From the NCBI GenBank assembly GCA_963748015.1, contig CAVVHE010000008.1, forward strand, positions 480,001 through 544,000: 64,000 nt of DNA, in the 5' to 3' direction. The notes beneath the pieces are model-generated. The model was not told where the DNA came from. It saw nothing but the letters and a program-made list of their open reading frames with translations, and did not search any database. Both the position numbers and the translations under genes were made by a program. Shown here one piece after another: positions 30,440-39,953 of the stretch (positions are counted from its first letter, which is position 1; each line of letters opens with the position of its first letter). This DNA comes from Terriglobia bacterium. Its GTDB lineage: Bacteria > Acidobacteriota > Polarisedimenticolia > Polarisedimenticolales > JAIQFR01.

Positions 30440-32750
30440 ATGAAAGCATCGCGCGGCCGCCACGCGGCCTGGACAGCCTCTTGCCTGCTGCTCCTTCTCG
30501 CGGCTCCGATGGCGAGCCTCGCCGGCGCCTCGGGCGTCGCCGGGCGCGTCGTGGACAGGGCCGGCGATCCCGTGCCGGGCGCCGTCGTCACGTTCACCTG
30601 CCCAGGGGGGCGGCCGCGCCGGCCGTTCTGACGGACGAGAACGGCCGGTTCCTGTCGCCGCGGCTGGCGGAGGGAGAGTGCACCATCGAGGCTTCGCTCC
30701 CGTCGATGAACCGCCGGACCCTCGCGCGCCAGCAAGTGCTCGCGGGAAAGGTCTCGGAGATCGAGCTCCGGCTCGACGTGGACATGATTCGCGAGCAGGT
30801 CGCGGTGAAGGGAATAGCGGTTCGCGAGGGCGTCGAATCCCGCGAGATCCGCGAGAGCTTCTCGCGGGACGCCGGCGAGGCCCTCGCCAGGGTCGAGGGC
30901 GTCCGGAAGATCCGGAAGGGCGGCATCGCGAACGACGTCGTGGTGAGGGGCTTCAAGGGAGAGAACCTGAACGTGCTCATCGACGGCCAGCGGATCTACG
31001 GCGCCTGCCCGAACCGCATGGATCCTCCGGCCTTCCACGTGGACTTCGCCGAGATCGAGCGGATCGACGTGAAGAAGGGGCCGTTCGACATGACGAGCGT
31101 GGGCGGACTCGGCGGTATGGTGAACATCGTCACGCGAGAGCCTGACGCGGGAGTTCACGCGACCGCGAACGTCACGGCCGGATCGTTCGACTACCAGGCG
31201 CCCTCGCTCGGCGCGTCCTACGCCGCGGCGGCCTGGAGCCTGAAGGGGGGATACGCGTCGCGGAGCGGCGACCCCTTCAAGGACGGCGAAGGTGCGCCGT
31301 TCACCGACGTCGCCAACTACCAGCCCTCCGCCTCGGGCAAGCGCGCCTTCGACATCAGGACGGGATGGGTCGGCGCCGCCTTCAACCTGCGGCCGGCGCA
31401 CCGGCTGGAGGTGCAGGCGACGAGGCAGAGCGGAAACCTGCAGCTCTATCCCTACCTGCTGATGGACGCCGAGTACGACGACGCGGACCGGGTATCCGCC
31501 TCGTACCGCGCCCAGGGACCGTTCGGCGCCGTCGAGGGCATCGAGGCTAGCGCCTCCTACGCCCGCGTGGACCACTACATGACGGACGCCCTCCGGACCT
31601 CGGCCGCCGGAGCGGCGAGGGCGTACAGCATGGCGACAGAGGCGCGGTCATCCGTGCTCGGCGAGAGGCTCCAGGCCAAGCTGCGGCACGGCCTGGCGCT
31701 GGGGATCGAAGCCTACCAGCGGAGCTGGAACACCTCGACGGTCATGGCCGGCATGGCGTACAAGCCCCAGGGCACGATTCCGGACGTCGGCGTGGACTCG
31801 GCCGGCATCTACGCCCTCTACGGGGCGAAGGTTTCCGCGAAGTGGAGGATCGAGGCCGGGGCCCGGCTCGACCGCGCGAGGAGCGCGGCCGATCCCGACC
31901 TCGCGAACACCGATCTCTACTACGCCTACCACGACACCCGCTCGACCTCGGCCACCGACACGCTCGGCGCCGCGAGCGTGACGGCCACCTTCTCGCCGGC
32001 CGAGGCATGGGAGCTGTTCGGAGGTCTCGGCCGCACGGAGCGCGCGCCCGATCCGCAGGAGCGCTACTTCGCGCAGAAGCGAAGCGGGCGCCGACTGGGT
32101 CGGCAACCCGGCCCTCGTCGCCGCCGCGAAACACCGAGATCGACCTCGGCGCCCGCTTCCGGTCGGGCGGATTCTCCGTCGAGGCGAGCGTCTTCTACGC
32201 GGCGGTGAGCGACTTCGTCGCCGTCACGGACACCGCGCGCGTCAACGAGGTCGCCGGCGTGACCAACACGAAGGCCCGGTCGTACGTGAACAACGACGCG
32301 CGGATGCGAGGCGGCGAGGCCACGCTGCGGTGGGCGCCGACCGGGAAGGTCGCGGCGAGCCTCGGGGTGTCGTACGTCCGCGGCGAGCAGGACGTCTCTC
32401 CCGCCCTCGGGATCACGGACCCCGATCTGCCGGAGATGGCGCCGCTGGCCGCCCGCGCATCCCTCCGGTACGACGCCGGCAAGTGGTTCGCCGAGGGCGA
32501 GGGCGTCGCCTCCGCGGAGCAGGACCGCATCTCGAGCGACCTGCTCGAGAGCCGGACGCCGGGCTGGGGTGTGCTGAATCTGCGCGGCGGGGTGCTGTTC
32601 CGCCACTTCTCGATCGTCGCGGGAGCGACGAACGTCTTCGATCGTTACTACACGGAGAACTACTCGTACCAGCGCGACCCATTCCGCTTGGGAGTCGTGG
32701 TTCCCGAGCCTGGGAGGACCTTCACGGCGTCATTGCAGTTGCGCTACTGA
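30440..32750 (+). CDS. TonB-dependent copper receptor (OprC/NosA-like), interrupted by three apparent single-base frameshifts
   Basis: Plug motif GACPNRMDPP; DHYM motif; C-terminal EPGRTFTASLQLRY. Frame changes occur at ~30605-30610, ~32086 and ~32117. Confidence 0.85.
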
Positions 32751-32875
32751 TCCGGGGCAGCCCGGAGCGAGGGCGGCGGAGCGCACTCCGGGCAGGGCTG
32801 CAGGCTCCAGAACGGGAGTGGAGATCCACTCCGGAGGGGGGTGTATCTCGAGTTGCCACGGCTCGAGGCGGGCAC

Positions 32876-32994
32876 TTGACGCAAGTCAGACCGAGTAGGA
32901 ACTACGCCGCAACAATTTCGCTGCGTAAATCTTGCCGTGTCAGTGACTTAGGCAGGGGGGGATGCTTCAATAGACCTTATTTATCAGCAATTTA
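32876..32994. promoter_or_regulatory. AT-rich regulatory region with FNR-like and IHF-like sites
   Basis: TTGAC-GCAA-GTCAG (32876-32889); TATCAG-CAAT-TTA (32982-32994) fits WATCARNNNNTTR. Confidence 0.35.
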
Positions 32995-33155
32995 CGTCGA
33001 AATTAACATCGGATTCGGGGCCTATCGTCGTAGATTTCGGGCGACCCAGGGGAGACGACATCCATCGTGGCCCAGAACGCAGGTCGGCCAGGGGTCGACC
33101 GGTGCTCCTCCGAGTACCCGGTCGCCGGCCTGTAGCGAGAGGCAGGAGGGGGAGC

Positions 33156-35195
33156 ATGAAGAAGCGTTCATACTCGATCTGGGGCGTCGCCGTGACCGCG
33201 GCGTTGTGCCTGGCGCTCGCGGGTGTCGCGAACGCCCAGCAGGTCCCGCTGCCCGGCACCGCCATTCCGAAATGGGTGGACCCGCTGCCGCAGTTCCCGG
33301 CGCGGGTGGACGCCACTAAGCCGCTGCGCGTCACCGCCATGGAGCTCCAGCAGCAGGTGCTGCCGTCGGCTCTGTACCCGGCGACCTTCTCGCTGGGCAC
33401 GTACGTCTGGGGCTACAAGATCGAAGAGCTCAGCGCGGGAGCCGTGACGGCCACGTATCCGGCCCACTACCCGGCCTTCACCGTGGTCGCGCAGAGAGGC
33501 GTCCCAACGAGGGTGGAGTTCTTGAACCAGCTCGTGGATCCCTTCCTGCAGCGGTATCCCGCCGGCGGCGGCGTGGCCACCTTCGCGGTGGACCAGACGC
33601 TGAACTGGGCGGATCCTTTGAACCAGGGGACCCTCTTCACCCCGTATGCCGGCCCGATCCCGATCTGCACGCACCTGCACGGCGGGGCCATTCCTTCCGC
33701 GTTCGACGGCGGCCCGGATGCCTGGTTCACGCCGAACCTGGCCCTGGACGGGTCCCCGCTCACGCCGATCACCGGCCCCGGTTACGTGACGAACACCTAC
33801 ACGTATCCGAACACCCAGGAAGCGGGCACGGTGTGGTTCCACGACCACGCTCTCGGCATCACCCGCCTGACCCCGCACATGGGGCTGGCGGCGTTCTACC
33901 TGATCAAGGACCCCGCGAACGAGCCGATGAACCTGCCGTCCGGGCCCTTCGACCAGGAGATAGCGATCCAGGACCGGCTGTTCGACACGAACGGCCAGCT
34001 CGTCTTCCCGGCGGCGGGGATCAACCCCACCGTCCACCCGTTCTGGATGCCGGAGTTCTTCGGCGACACGATCGTGGTCAACGGCAAGACCTGGCCGTAC
34101 TTCAACGTCGAGCCGCGCCGGTACCGCCTGCGCCTGCTGAACGGCTCGAACGCGCGGGTCTACGACCTCACCTTCGACAACCCGAAGATCCCGGTCTGGG
34201 TCATCGCGACCGACGACGGCTACCTCGACGCGCCGGTGCCGATCAAGAACCTCGTAATCGCCCCCGGCGAGAGGTACGAGATCATCGTGGACTTCAAGCG
34301 GGTCCCGCGCGGCTTCACCACGCTGACGAACTCCGGCAAGGCGCCCTACCCGAACGGCGCGCCGGCCGACAACAAGACCGTCGGCCAGATCCTCCGGTTC
34401 AACGTCAATGTTCCGCTCTCGGGCCCCGACCTCAGCTGCGATCCGGCTGTGGGCGCCTGCGCCCTCCGGCCGAACAACCCGATCGTCCGGCTGAATCCGA
34501 ACCCGGCGAGCGTGCCGGTGCGCCGGCTGACGCTCAACGAGGAGATCGGCCCCGGCGGGCCGCTCGAGATGCTCCTGAACAACACGAAGCTCGACAGGCT
34601 CGGCATGCCGAACGCGATCACCGAGCGGCCTCAGATCGGCTCGACCGAGATCTGGGAACTCGTCAACCTCACCGCCGACACGCACCCGATGCACACGCAC
34701 CTGGTGGCCTTCCAGGTCCTCAGCAGGCAGAAGTTCAACGCCAGGCAGTACACCACGGCCTACGACGCTTCGTTCCCTGGCGGCTTCAATCCGGCGGACG
34801 GCCTGACCTACGCCCCCGGCGTCTACATGCCCGGCTACGGCCCGCCGCTGGCTTACGGCAACTGCGCTCCAGGCGCGATCTGCGGCGGCAATCCCGATCC
34901 GACTCCGTACTTCCAGGGCGGCCCCATGCCGACCCCGGCGGTCGAGAACGGCTGGAAGGACACGGTCCAGTCCAACCCCGGCGAGGTGACGCGGTTCGCG
35001 GTCCGGTTCGCTCCCGAGGACATCCCGGTGGACGGCGTTAGCCCGGGCGTGAACGCGTACCAGTTCGATCCGACCGCTCCGCTCGGGACGGTGGACTTCG
35101 CGGGCTATCCCGGCGGACCCGGCTACGTCTGGCACTGCCACATCATCGATCACGAGGACAACGAGATGATGCGGCGCTACGAGATCGCTCCGTAA
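33156..35195 (+). CDS. Secreted multicopper oxidase (CotA/bilirubin oxidase-like)
   Basis: All four Cu motifs are present: HLHG, WFHDH, HPMHTH and WHCHIIDHEDNEMM. Confidence 0.95.
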   Translation: MKKRSYSIWGVAVTAALCLALAGVANAQQVPLPGTAIPKWVDPLPQFPARVDATKPLRVTAMELQQQVLPSALYPATFSLGTYVWGYKIEELSAGAVTATYPAHYPAFTVVAQRGVPTRVEFLNQLVDPFLQRYPAGGGVATFAVDQTLNWADPLNQGTLFTPYAGPIPICTHLHGGAIPSAFDGGPDAWFTPNLALDGSPLTPITGPGYVTNTYTYPNTQEAGTVWFHDHALGITRLTPHMGLAAFYLIKDPANEPMNLPSGPFDQEIAIQDRLFDTNGQLVFPAAGINPTVHPFWMPEFFGDTIVVNGKTWPYFNVEPRRYRLRLLNGSNARVYDLTFDNPKIPVWVIATDDGYLDAPVPIKNLVIAPGERYEIIVDFKRVPRGFTTLTNSGKAPYPNGAPADNKTVGQILRFNVNVPLSGPDLSCDPAVGACALRPNNPIVRLNPNPASVPVRRLTLNEEIGPGGPLEMLLNNTKLDRLGMPNAITERPQIGSTEIWELVNLTADTHPMHTHLVAFQVLSRQKFNARQYTTAYDASFPGGFNPADGLTYAPGVYMPGYGPPLAYGNCAPGAICGGNPDPTPYFQGGPMPTPAVENGWKDTVQSNPGEVTRFAVRFAPEDIPVDGVSPGVNAYQFDPTAPLGTVDFAGYPGGPGYVWHCHIIDHEDNEMMRRYEIAP

Positions 35196-35216
35196 CCGTA
35201 TTCGATCTCCAACACG

Positions 35217-35247
35217 AGGGGGCCGCGTCAGCGGCCCCCTTTGTGTT
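35217..35247 (+). terminator. Intrinsic terminator after the multicopper oxidase
   Basis: AGGGGGCCGC-GTCA-GCGGCCCCCT followed by TTGTGTT. Confidence 0.75.
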
Positions 35248-35251
35248 ATAG

Positions 35252-36688
35252 ATGCTCATCGTGAAGAAAACCGTTGCTGTCGTCGCTGTACTGATCGTCG
35301 CGCTCTGCGCCTTTCTCGCCGGAACCTGGTACGCCGGCGGGTCGAAGGGCGCCGGCGGCGCCGCGGGAGAGAGGAAGGTCCTCTACTACGTGGACCCGAT
35401 GAATCCCGCGCTCACTTCCGACAAGCCGGGGATCGCACCGTGCGGCATGCCTCTCGAGCCGGTCTACGCGGACGAGGACCCCGGCGCCCGGGCGGCCGCC
35501 AAGAAGCTCGGCTCGCTGCCCGCCGGCACGGTCCGGATCGGCTCCGAGAAGCAGCAGGTCATCGGCGTGCGCCTCGGCGAGGTCGAGAAGAAGCCGCTGT
35601 CGTACGAGCTGCGCCTGACCGGAAAGGTCGCCGCCGACGAGACGCGGCTCTTCCGCGTGACGTCCGTCACCGAGGGATGGGTGAGGGAGCTCTCCCCCGC
35701 GACCACCGGGAGCTTCGTGAAGAAGGACGACGTGCTCGCGACCTACTACGCCCAGGAGGTCCAGGGGCCCCAGCAGGCCTACCTGTACGCGCTCGAGGCG
35801 CTCGACCGTTTCAAGGCGAGCGGTTCGGCGACCCCCGACCAGATCGCGCTGAACGAGAAGAACGTCCTCAACACGAAGCAGGCGCTCAAGAACCTCGGGA
35901 TGGGGGACGCGCAGCTCGACGAGATCGGCCGGACCCGCAAGGCGACGCCGAACGTCCAGGTCAGAGCACCCGCGAGCGGCATCGTTCTCCAGCGCAACGT
36001 CACGCTGGGCCAGCAGTTCGACCGCACCCTCGACCTGTTCGTCGTTGCGGACCTGTCCAGGGTCTGGGTCCTCGCGGACGCGTTCGAGGGGGACGCGGCG
36101 CACCTTACGCCCGGGGCCGCGGTCTCGGTGTTCCACCCGGTCTTCAAACGGAGATTCCCGGGACGCGTCGGCGAGGTCCCTCCGGTGTTCGATGCATCCT
36201 CGCGCACCCTGAAGGTGCGCCTGGTCGTGGACAATCCGGGGAACGTCCTGCGGCCGGACATGTTCGTCGACGTCGACCTGCCGGTGAGCGTGCCGGAGAC
36301 CCTGGTCGTGCCGGCGGACGCCGTTCTCGACTCGGGGACGGCCAAGACCGTCTTCGTCGACCGCGGCGAGGGGTTCTTCGAGCCGCGCTCCGTCGAGACG
36401 GGGTTCAGGGTCGGCGATCAGGTCCAGATCGTCTCGGGACTGATGCCCGGGGAGAAGATCGTCGTGTCCGGGAACTTCCTGATCGACTCCGAGAGCCGCA
36501 TGAAGGCGGCCATGGGCGGCATGGCGCAGCCCACGAGCAAGGACCCGATTTGCGGCATGGACGTGGACGAGGCCAAGGCGCGGGCCGAGGGGCTCACGAG
36601 CGAGCACCAGGGCCGGACCTACTTCTTCTGCAATCCGGGGTGCAAGCAGACCTTCGACAAGGACCCCGCAGCTCACGCCCATGATTGA
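35252..36688 (+). CDS. cusB: Heavy-metal RND periplasmic adaptor with C-terminal YHS domain
   Basis: YYVDPMNP...PCGMPL, LRPDMF, SGNFLIDSES and DPICGM...YFFC motifs. Confidence 0.9.
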   Translation: MLIVKKTVAVVAVLIVALCAFLAGTWYAGGSKGAGGAAGERKVLYYVDPMNPALTSDKPGIAPCGMPLEPVYADEDPGARAAAKKLGSLPAGTVRIGSEKQQVIGVRLGEVEKKPLSYELRLTGKVAADETRLFRVTSVTEGWVRELSPATTGSFVKKDDVLATYYAQEVQGPQQAYLYALEALDRFKASGSATPDQIALNEKNVLNTKQALKNLGMGDAQLDEIGRTRKATPNVQVRAPASGIVLQRNVTLGQQFDRTLDLFVVADLSRVWVLADAFEGDAAHLTPGAAVSVFHPVFKRRFPGRVGEVPPVFDASSRTLKVRLVVDNPGNVLRPDMFVDVDLPVSVPETLVVPADAVLDSGTAKTVFVDRGEGFFEPRSVETGFRVGDQVQIVSGLMPGEKIVVSGNFLIDSESRMKAAMGGMAQPTSKDPICGMDVDEAKARAEGLTSEHQGRTYFFCNPGCKQTFDKDPAAHAHD

Positions 36689-39600
36689 CCGCGTCGTCGA
36701 TCTCGCCGTCCGGCACAAGATCGTCGTCTTCCTCCTCGTGGCCGTCGCGGCGATCGCCGGCTGGCGGTCCATGCGGCGGCTGCCGCTCGACGCGATCCCG
36801 GACCTGTCCGACACGCAGGTCATCGTCTACTCCCGCTGGGACCGCAGCCCCGACCTCGTCGAGGACCAGGTCACCTACCCGATCGTCACCGCGATGCTCG
36901 GCGCCTCCCGCGTGCGCGCGGTGCGCGGCTTCTCCGACTTCGGCTACTCGTTCGTCTACGTGATCTTCGAGGACGGGACGGACATCTACTGGGCGCGGTC
37001 CCGCACGCTCGAGTACCTCTCGGCGGTCCTCCCCCAGCTTCCCGAAGGGGTGAAGACGCAGATCGGCCCGGACGCGACGGGTCTCGGATGGGTGTTCCAG
37101 TACGTCCTCGAGGACGAGTCGGGGCGGCACAGCCTCGCCGAGCTGAGATCGGTCCAGGACTGGTACCTGCGGTACCACCTCAAGGCGGTGCCGGGCGTCG
37201 CGGAGGTCGCCCCCCTCGGCGGCTTCGGCAAGCAGTACCAGATCAACCTCGATCCCAACCGCCTCAAGAACTACGGGGTCACCGTCCAGCAGGTCGTCGA
37301 GGCGGTCCGGGCGGGGAACGTCGAGTCGGGGGCGCGGCTCATCGAGTTCGGCGGCACCGAGTACATGGTCCGGGGGCGCGGGTACGCCCGGTCGGTCGAG
37401 GACTTCGAGAACATCGTCCTCGAGGCGGGGGAGGGGGGCGCGCCGATCCGCGTGCGCGACGTGGGGCAGGTCGTCCTCGGTCCGGACCTGCGCCGCGGCG
37501 TCTCGGACTACAACGGGACGGGCGAGGCGGTCTCCGGGATCGTCGTGATGCGCCAGGGACAGAACGCCCTCGACGTCATCGAGCGCGTGAAGGCGAAGCT
37601 GGAGGAGATCGAGCCCGGGCTCCCCGAGGGGGTCAAGGTCGTTCCGGTGTACGACCGCTCGGAGCTGATCGTCCGCGCGATCGACAACACGCGGTCCACG
37701 CTGATCGAGGTCATCCTCACGACCTCGCTCGTGATCCTCGTGTTCCTCTGGCACATTCCCAGCGCGATGATCCCGGTGGTCACGATCCCGGTTACCGTGC
37801 TGATCGCGTTCGTCCCGTTCGGGATGCTCGGCGTCACCGCGAACATCATGTCGCTCGGAGGGATCGCCATCGCGATCGGCGCCCTGGTGGACGCCTCGAT
37901 CGTGGTCGTCGAGCAGACGCACAAACGCATCGAGGAATGGCAGCGCGGCGACCGGCGCGAGGACTACCGCGAGGTCGTCATGGGCGCGATCAAGCAGGTC
38001 GCGGGGCCGAGCTTCTTCTCGCTCCTCGTCATCGGCGTGTCCTTCCTGCCCGTCCTCGCCCTCGAGGCGCAGGAGGGGCGGATGTTCAAGCCCCTCGCGT
38101 ACACCAAGACGCTGGCGATGGTCGTGGCGGCTTTCCTGGCGATCACGTTCGATCCCGCCCTCAGGATGCTGATCACGCATTTCCGGAGCTTCGACTTTCG
38201 CCCGCTGTGGCTCTGCCGGGCCGTCAACGCGGTGCTCGTCGGCCGCGTGCGCTCCGAGGAGACCCACCCCGTCAGCCGCGTCCTGATGCGCCTCTACGCC
38301 CCCGTCGCCGTCTGGTCGCTCCGGTGGAAATGGGCGGTGATCGCGCTCGCGGTGCTGCTGGTCGTCTCGACGGTGCCCGTCTACCTCTCGCTGGGGTCGG
38401 AGTTCATGCCGCCCCTCGACGAGGGGGCGCTGTTCTTCATGCCGACGACGATGCCCGGCATCTCGATCACGGAGGCGCAGCGGCTGCTCCAGGTCACGGA
38501 CCGCATCATCAAGCGATTCCCCGAGGTGGACCAGGTACTCGGCAAGGCGGGGAGGGCGGAGACCTCCACGGACCCGGCGCCGCTGTCCATGCTGGAAACG
38601 GTCGTCACGCTCAAGCCGAAGTCGGAGTGGCGGCGCGTTCCCACCTGGTACTCGTCGTGGGCGCCGGAGTGGCTCAAGCCGGCCTTCCGGACGATCACTC
38701 GGGACCACATCTCGGTCGAGCAACTCACCCAGGAGATGAACGACGCCCTGCGGCTCCCGGGCCTGTCCAACGCGTGGACGATGCCGATCAAGGCCCGCAT
38801 CGACATGCTGTCCACCGGGATCAGGACGCCGGTCGGCATCAAGATCACGGGGGACGACCTCGCGAGGATCGAGGAGGTAGGAACCAAGGTCGAGCGGGCG
38901 CTCGCGTCGGTGCCGGGAACGCGCAGCGTGTTCGCGGAGCGCACCGCGCAGGGCTACTTCCTCGACTTCGAGTGGGACCGCAACGCGCTCGCCCGCTACG
39001 GGCTGAGCGTCGAGGAGGCGCAGGACGTCCTCCAGGGGGCGGTGGGCGGCGAGAGCGTGACGACCACGGTCGAGGGGCGCGCGCGCTACTCGGTGAACGT
39101 CCGCTACCAGCGGGATTTCCGGGCGGACACCGAGGCGCTCGGCCGCGTGCTCGTCCCGGTCAACGAGGGGAAGGCCCAGATCCCGCTGTCGCAGCTCGCC
39201 ACGATCCGGACCGTGTCCGGGCCGAGCATGATCCGGAACGAGGACGGCCTCCTGACCGGCTACGTCTACATCGACATGGCCGGGCGCGATCCGGCGGGAT
39301 ACATCGAGGAGGCCCGCGAGGTCCTGAAGAGGTCGGTCCCGGTGCCGCCCGGCTATGCCCTGACCTGGAGCGGCCAGTACGAGGCGATGCAGCGGGTGCG
39401 GGAGCGGCTGTCGGTGGTCGTGCCGGTGACGCTGCTCCTCATCTTCCTGCTCCTCATGATGAACACCCGGTCCCTGACCAAGACGCTCATCGTCGTGCTC
39501 GCGGTGCCGTTCTCGGCGGTGGGCGCGATCTGGCTGCTTTGGCTGCTCGGCTACAACATGAGCATCGGCGTCTGGGTCGGTCTCATCGCGCTGCTCGGAG

Positions 39601-39953
39601 TGGACGCCGAGACGGGCGTGTTCATGCTGCTCTACCTCGACATCGCGTACGAGCAGGCGAAGAAGGCCGGGAAGCTGAGGAGCCTGCAGGATCTTCGCGA
39701 GGCGATCCTCGAGGGGGCGGTGAAGCGGCTGCGGCCGAAGTTCATGACCGTGGCCACCGAGCTCGGCCTGCTGCCGGTGATGTGGTCCACCGGGACGGGC
39801 TCCGACGTCATGAAGCGGATCGCGGCCCCGCTGATCGGCGGGATCTTCACCTCCTTCCTGCTCGAGCTGGTCGTCTATCCCGCGATCTACGAGATCTGGA
39901 AGTGGCATTTCGAGGTCAAGCCCTCGCTCGCGAAACTCGAGGAGAAGCCATGA
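36681..39953 (+). CDS. cusA: CusA/SilA-type heavy-metal efflux RND permease
   Basis: LDAIPDLSDTQV, GPDATGLGWV, EFMPPLDEG, DPAPLSMLET and RLRPKFMT motifs. Confidence 0.95.
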   Translation: MIDRVVDLAVRHKIVVFLLVAVAAIAGWRSMRRLPLDAIPDLSDTQVIVYSRWDRSPDLVEDQVTYPIVTAMLGASRVRAVRGFSDFGYSFVYVIFEDGTDIYWARSRTLEYLSAVLPQLPEGVKTQIGPDATGLGWVFQYVLEDESGRHSLAELRSVQDWYLRYHLKAVPGVAEVAPLGGFGKQYQINLDPNRLKNYGVTVQQVVEAVRAGNVESGARLIEFGGTEYMVRGRGYARSVEDFENIVLEAGEGGAPIRVRDVGQVVLGPDLRRGVSDYNGTGEAVSGIVVMRQGQNALDVIERVKAKLEEIEPGLPEGVKVVPVYDRSELIVRAIDNTRSTLIEVILTTSLVILVFLWHIPSAMIPVVTIPVTVLIAFVPFGMLGVTANIMSLGGIAIAIGALVDASIVVVEQTHKRIEEWQRGDRREDYREVVMGAIKQVAGPSFFSLLVIGVSFLPVLALEAQEGRMFKPLAYTKTLAMVVAAFLAITFDPALRMLITHFRSFDFRPLWLCRAVNAVLVGRVRSEETHPVSRVLMRLYAPVAVWSLRWKWAVIALAVLLVVSTVPVYLSLGSEFMPPLDEGALFFMPTTMPGISITEAQRLLQVTDRIIKRFPEVDQVLGKAGRAETSTDPAPLSMLETVVTLKPKSEWRRVPTWYSSWAPEWLKPAFRTITRDHISVEQLTQEMNDALRLPGLSNAWTMPIKARIDMLSTGIRTPVGIKITGDDLARIEEVGTKVERALASVPGTRSVFAERTAQGYFLDFEWDRNALARYGLSVEEAQDVLQGAVGGESVTTTVEGRARYSVNVRYQRDFRADTEALGRVLVPVNEGKAQIPLSQLATIRTVSGPSMIRNEDGLLTGYVYIDMAGRDPAGYIEEAREVLKRSVPVPPGYALTWSGQYEAMQRVRERLSVVVPVTLLLIFLLLMMNTRSLTKTLIVVLAVPFSAVGAIWLLWLLGYNMSIGVWVGLIALLGVDAETGVFMLLYLDIAYEQAKKAGKLRSLQDLREAILEGAVKRLRPKFMTVATELGLLPVMWSTGTGSDVMKRIAAPLIGGIFTSFLLELVVYPAIYEIWKWHFEVKPSLAKLEEKP

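Noticed and set aside
39740..39775. CusA late helix MTVATELGLLP looks one residue short and contains Glu
   Set aside because: It cannot be told apart from natural variation or a local sequencing error without an alignment.
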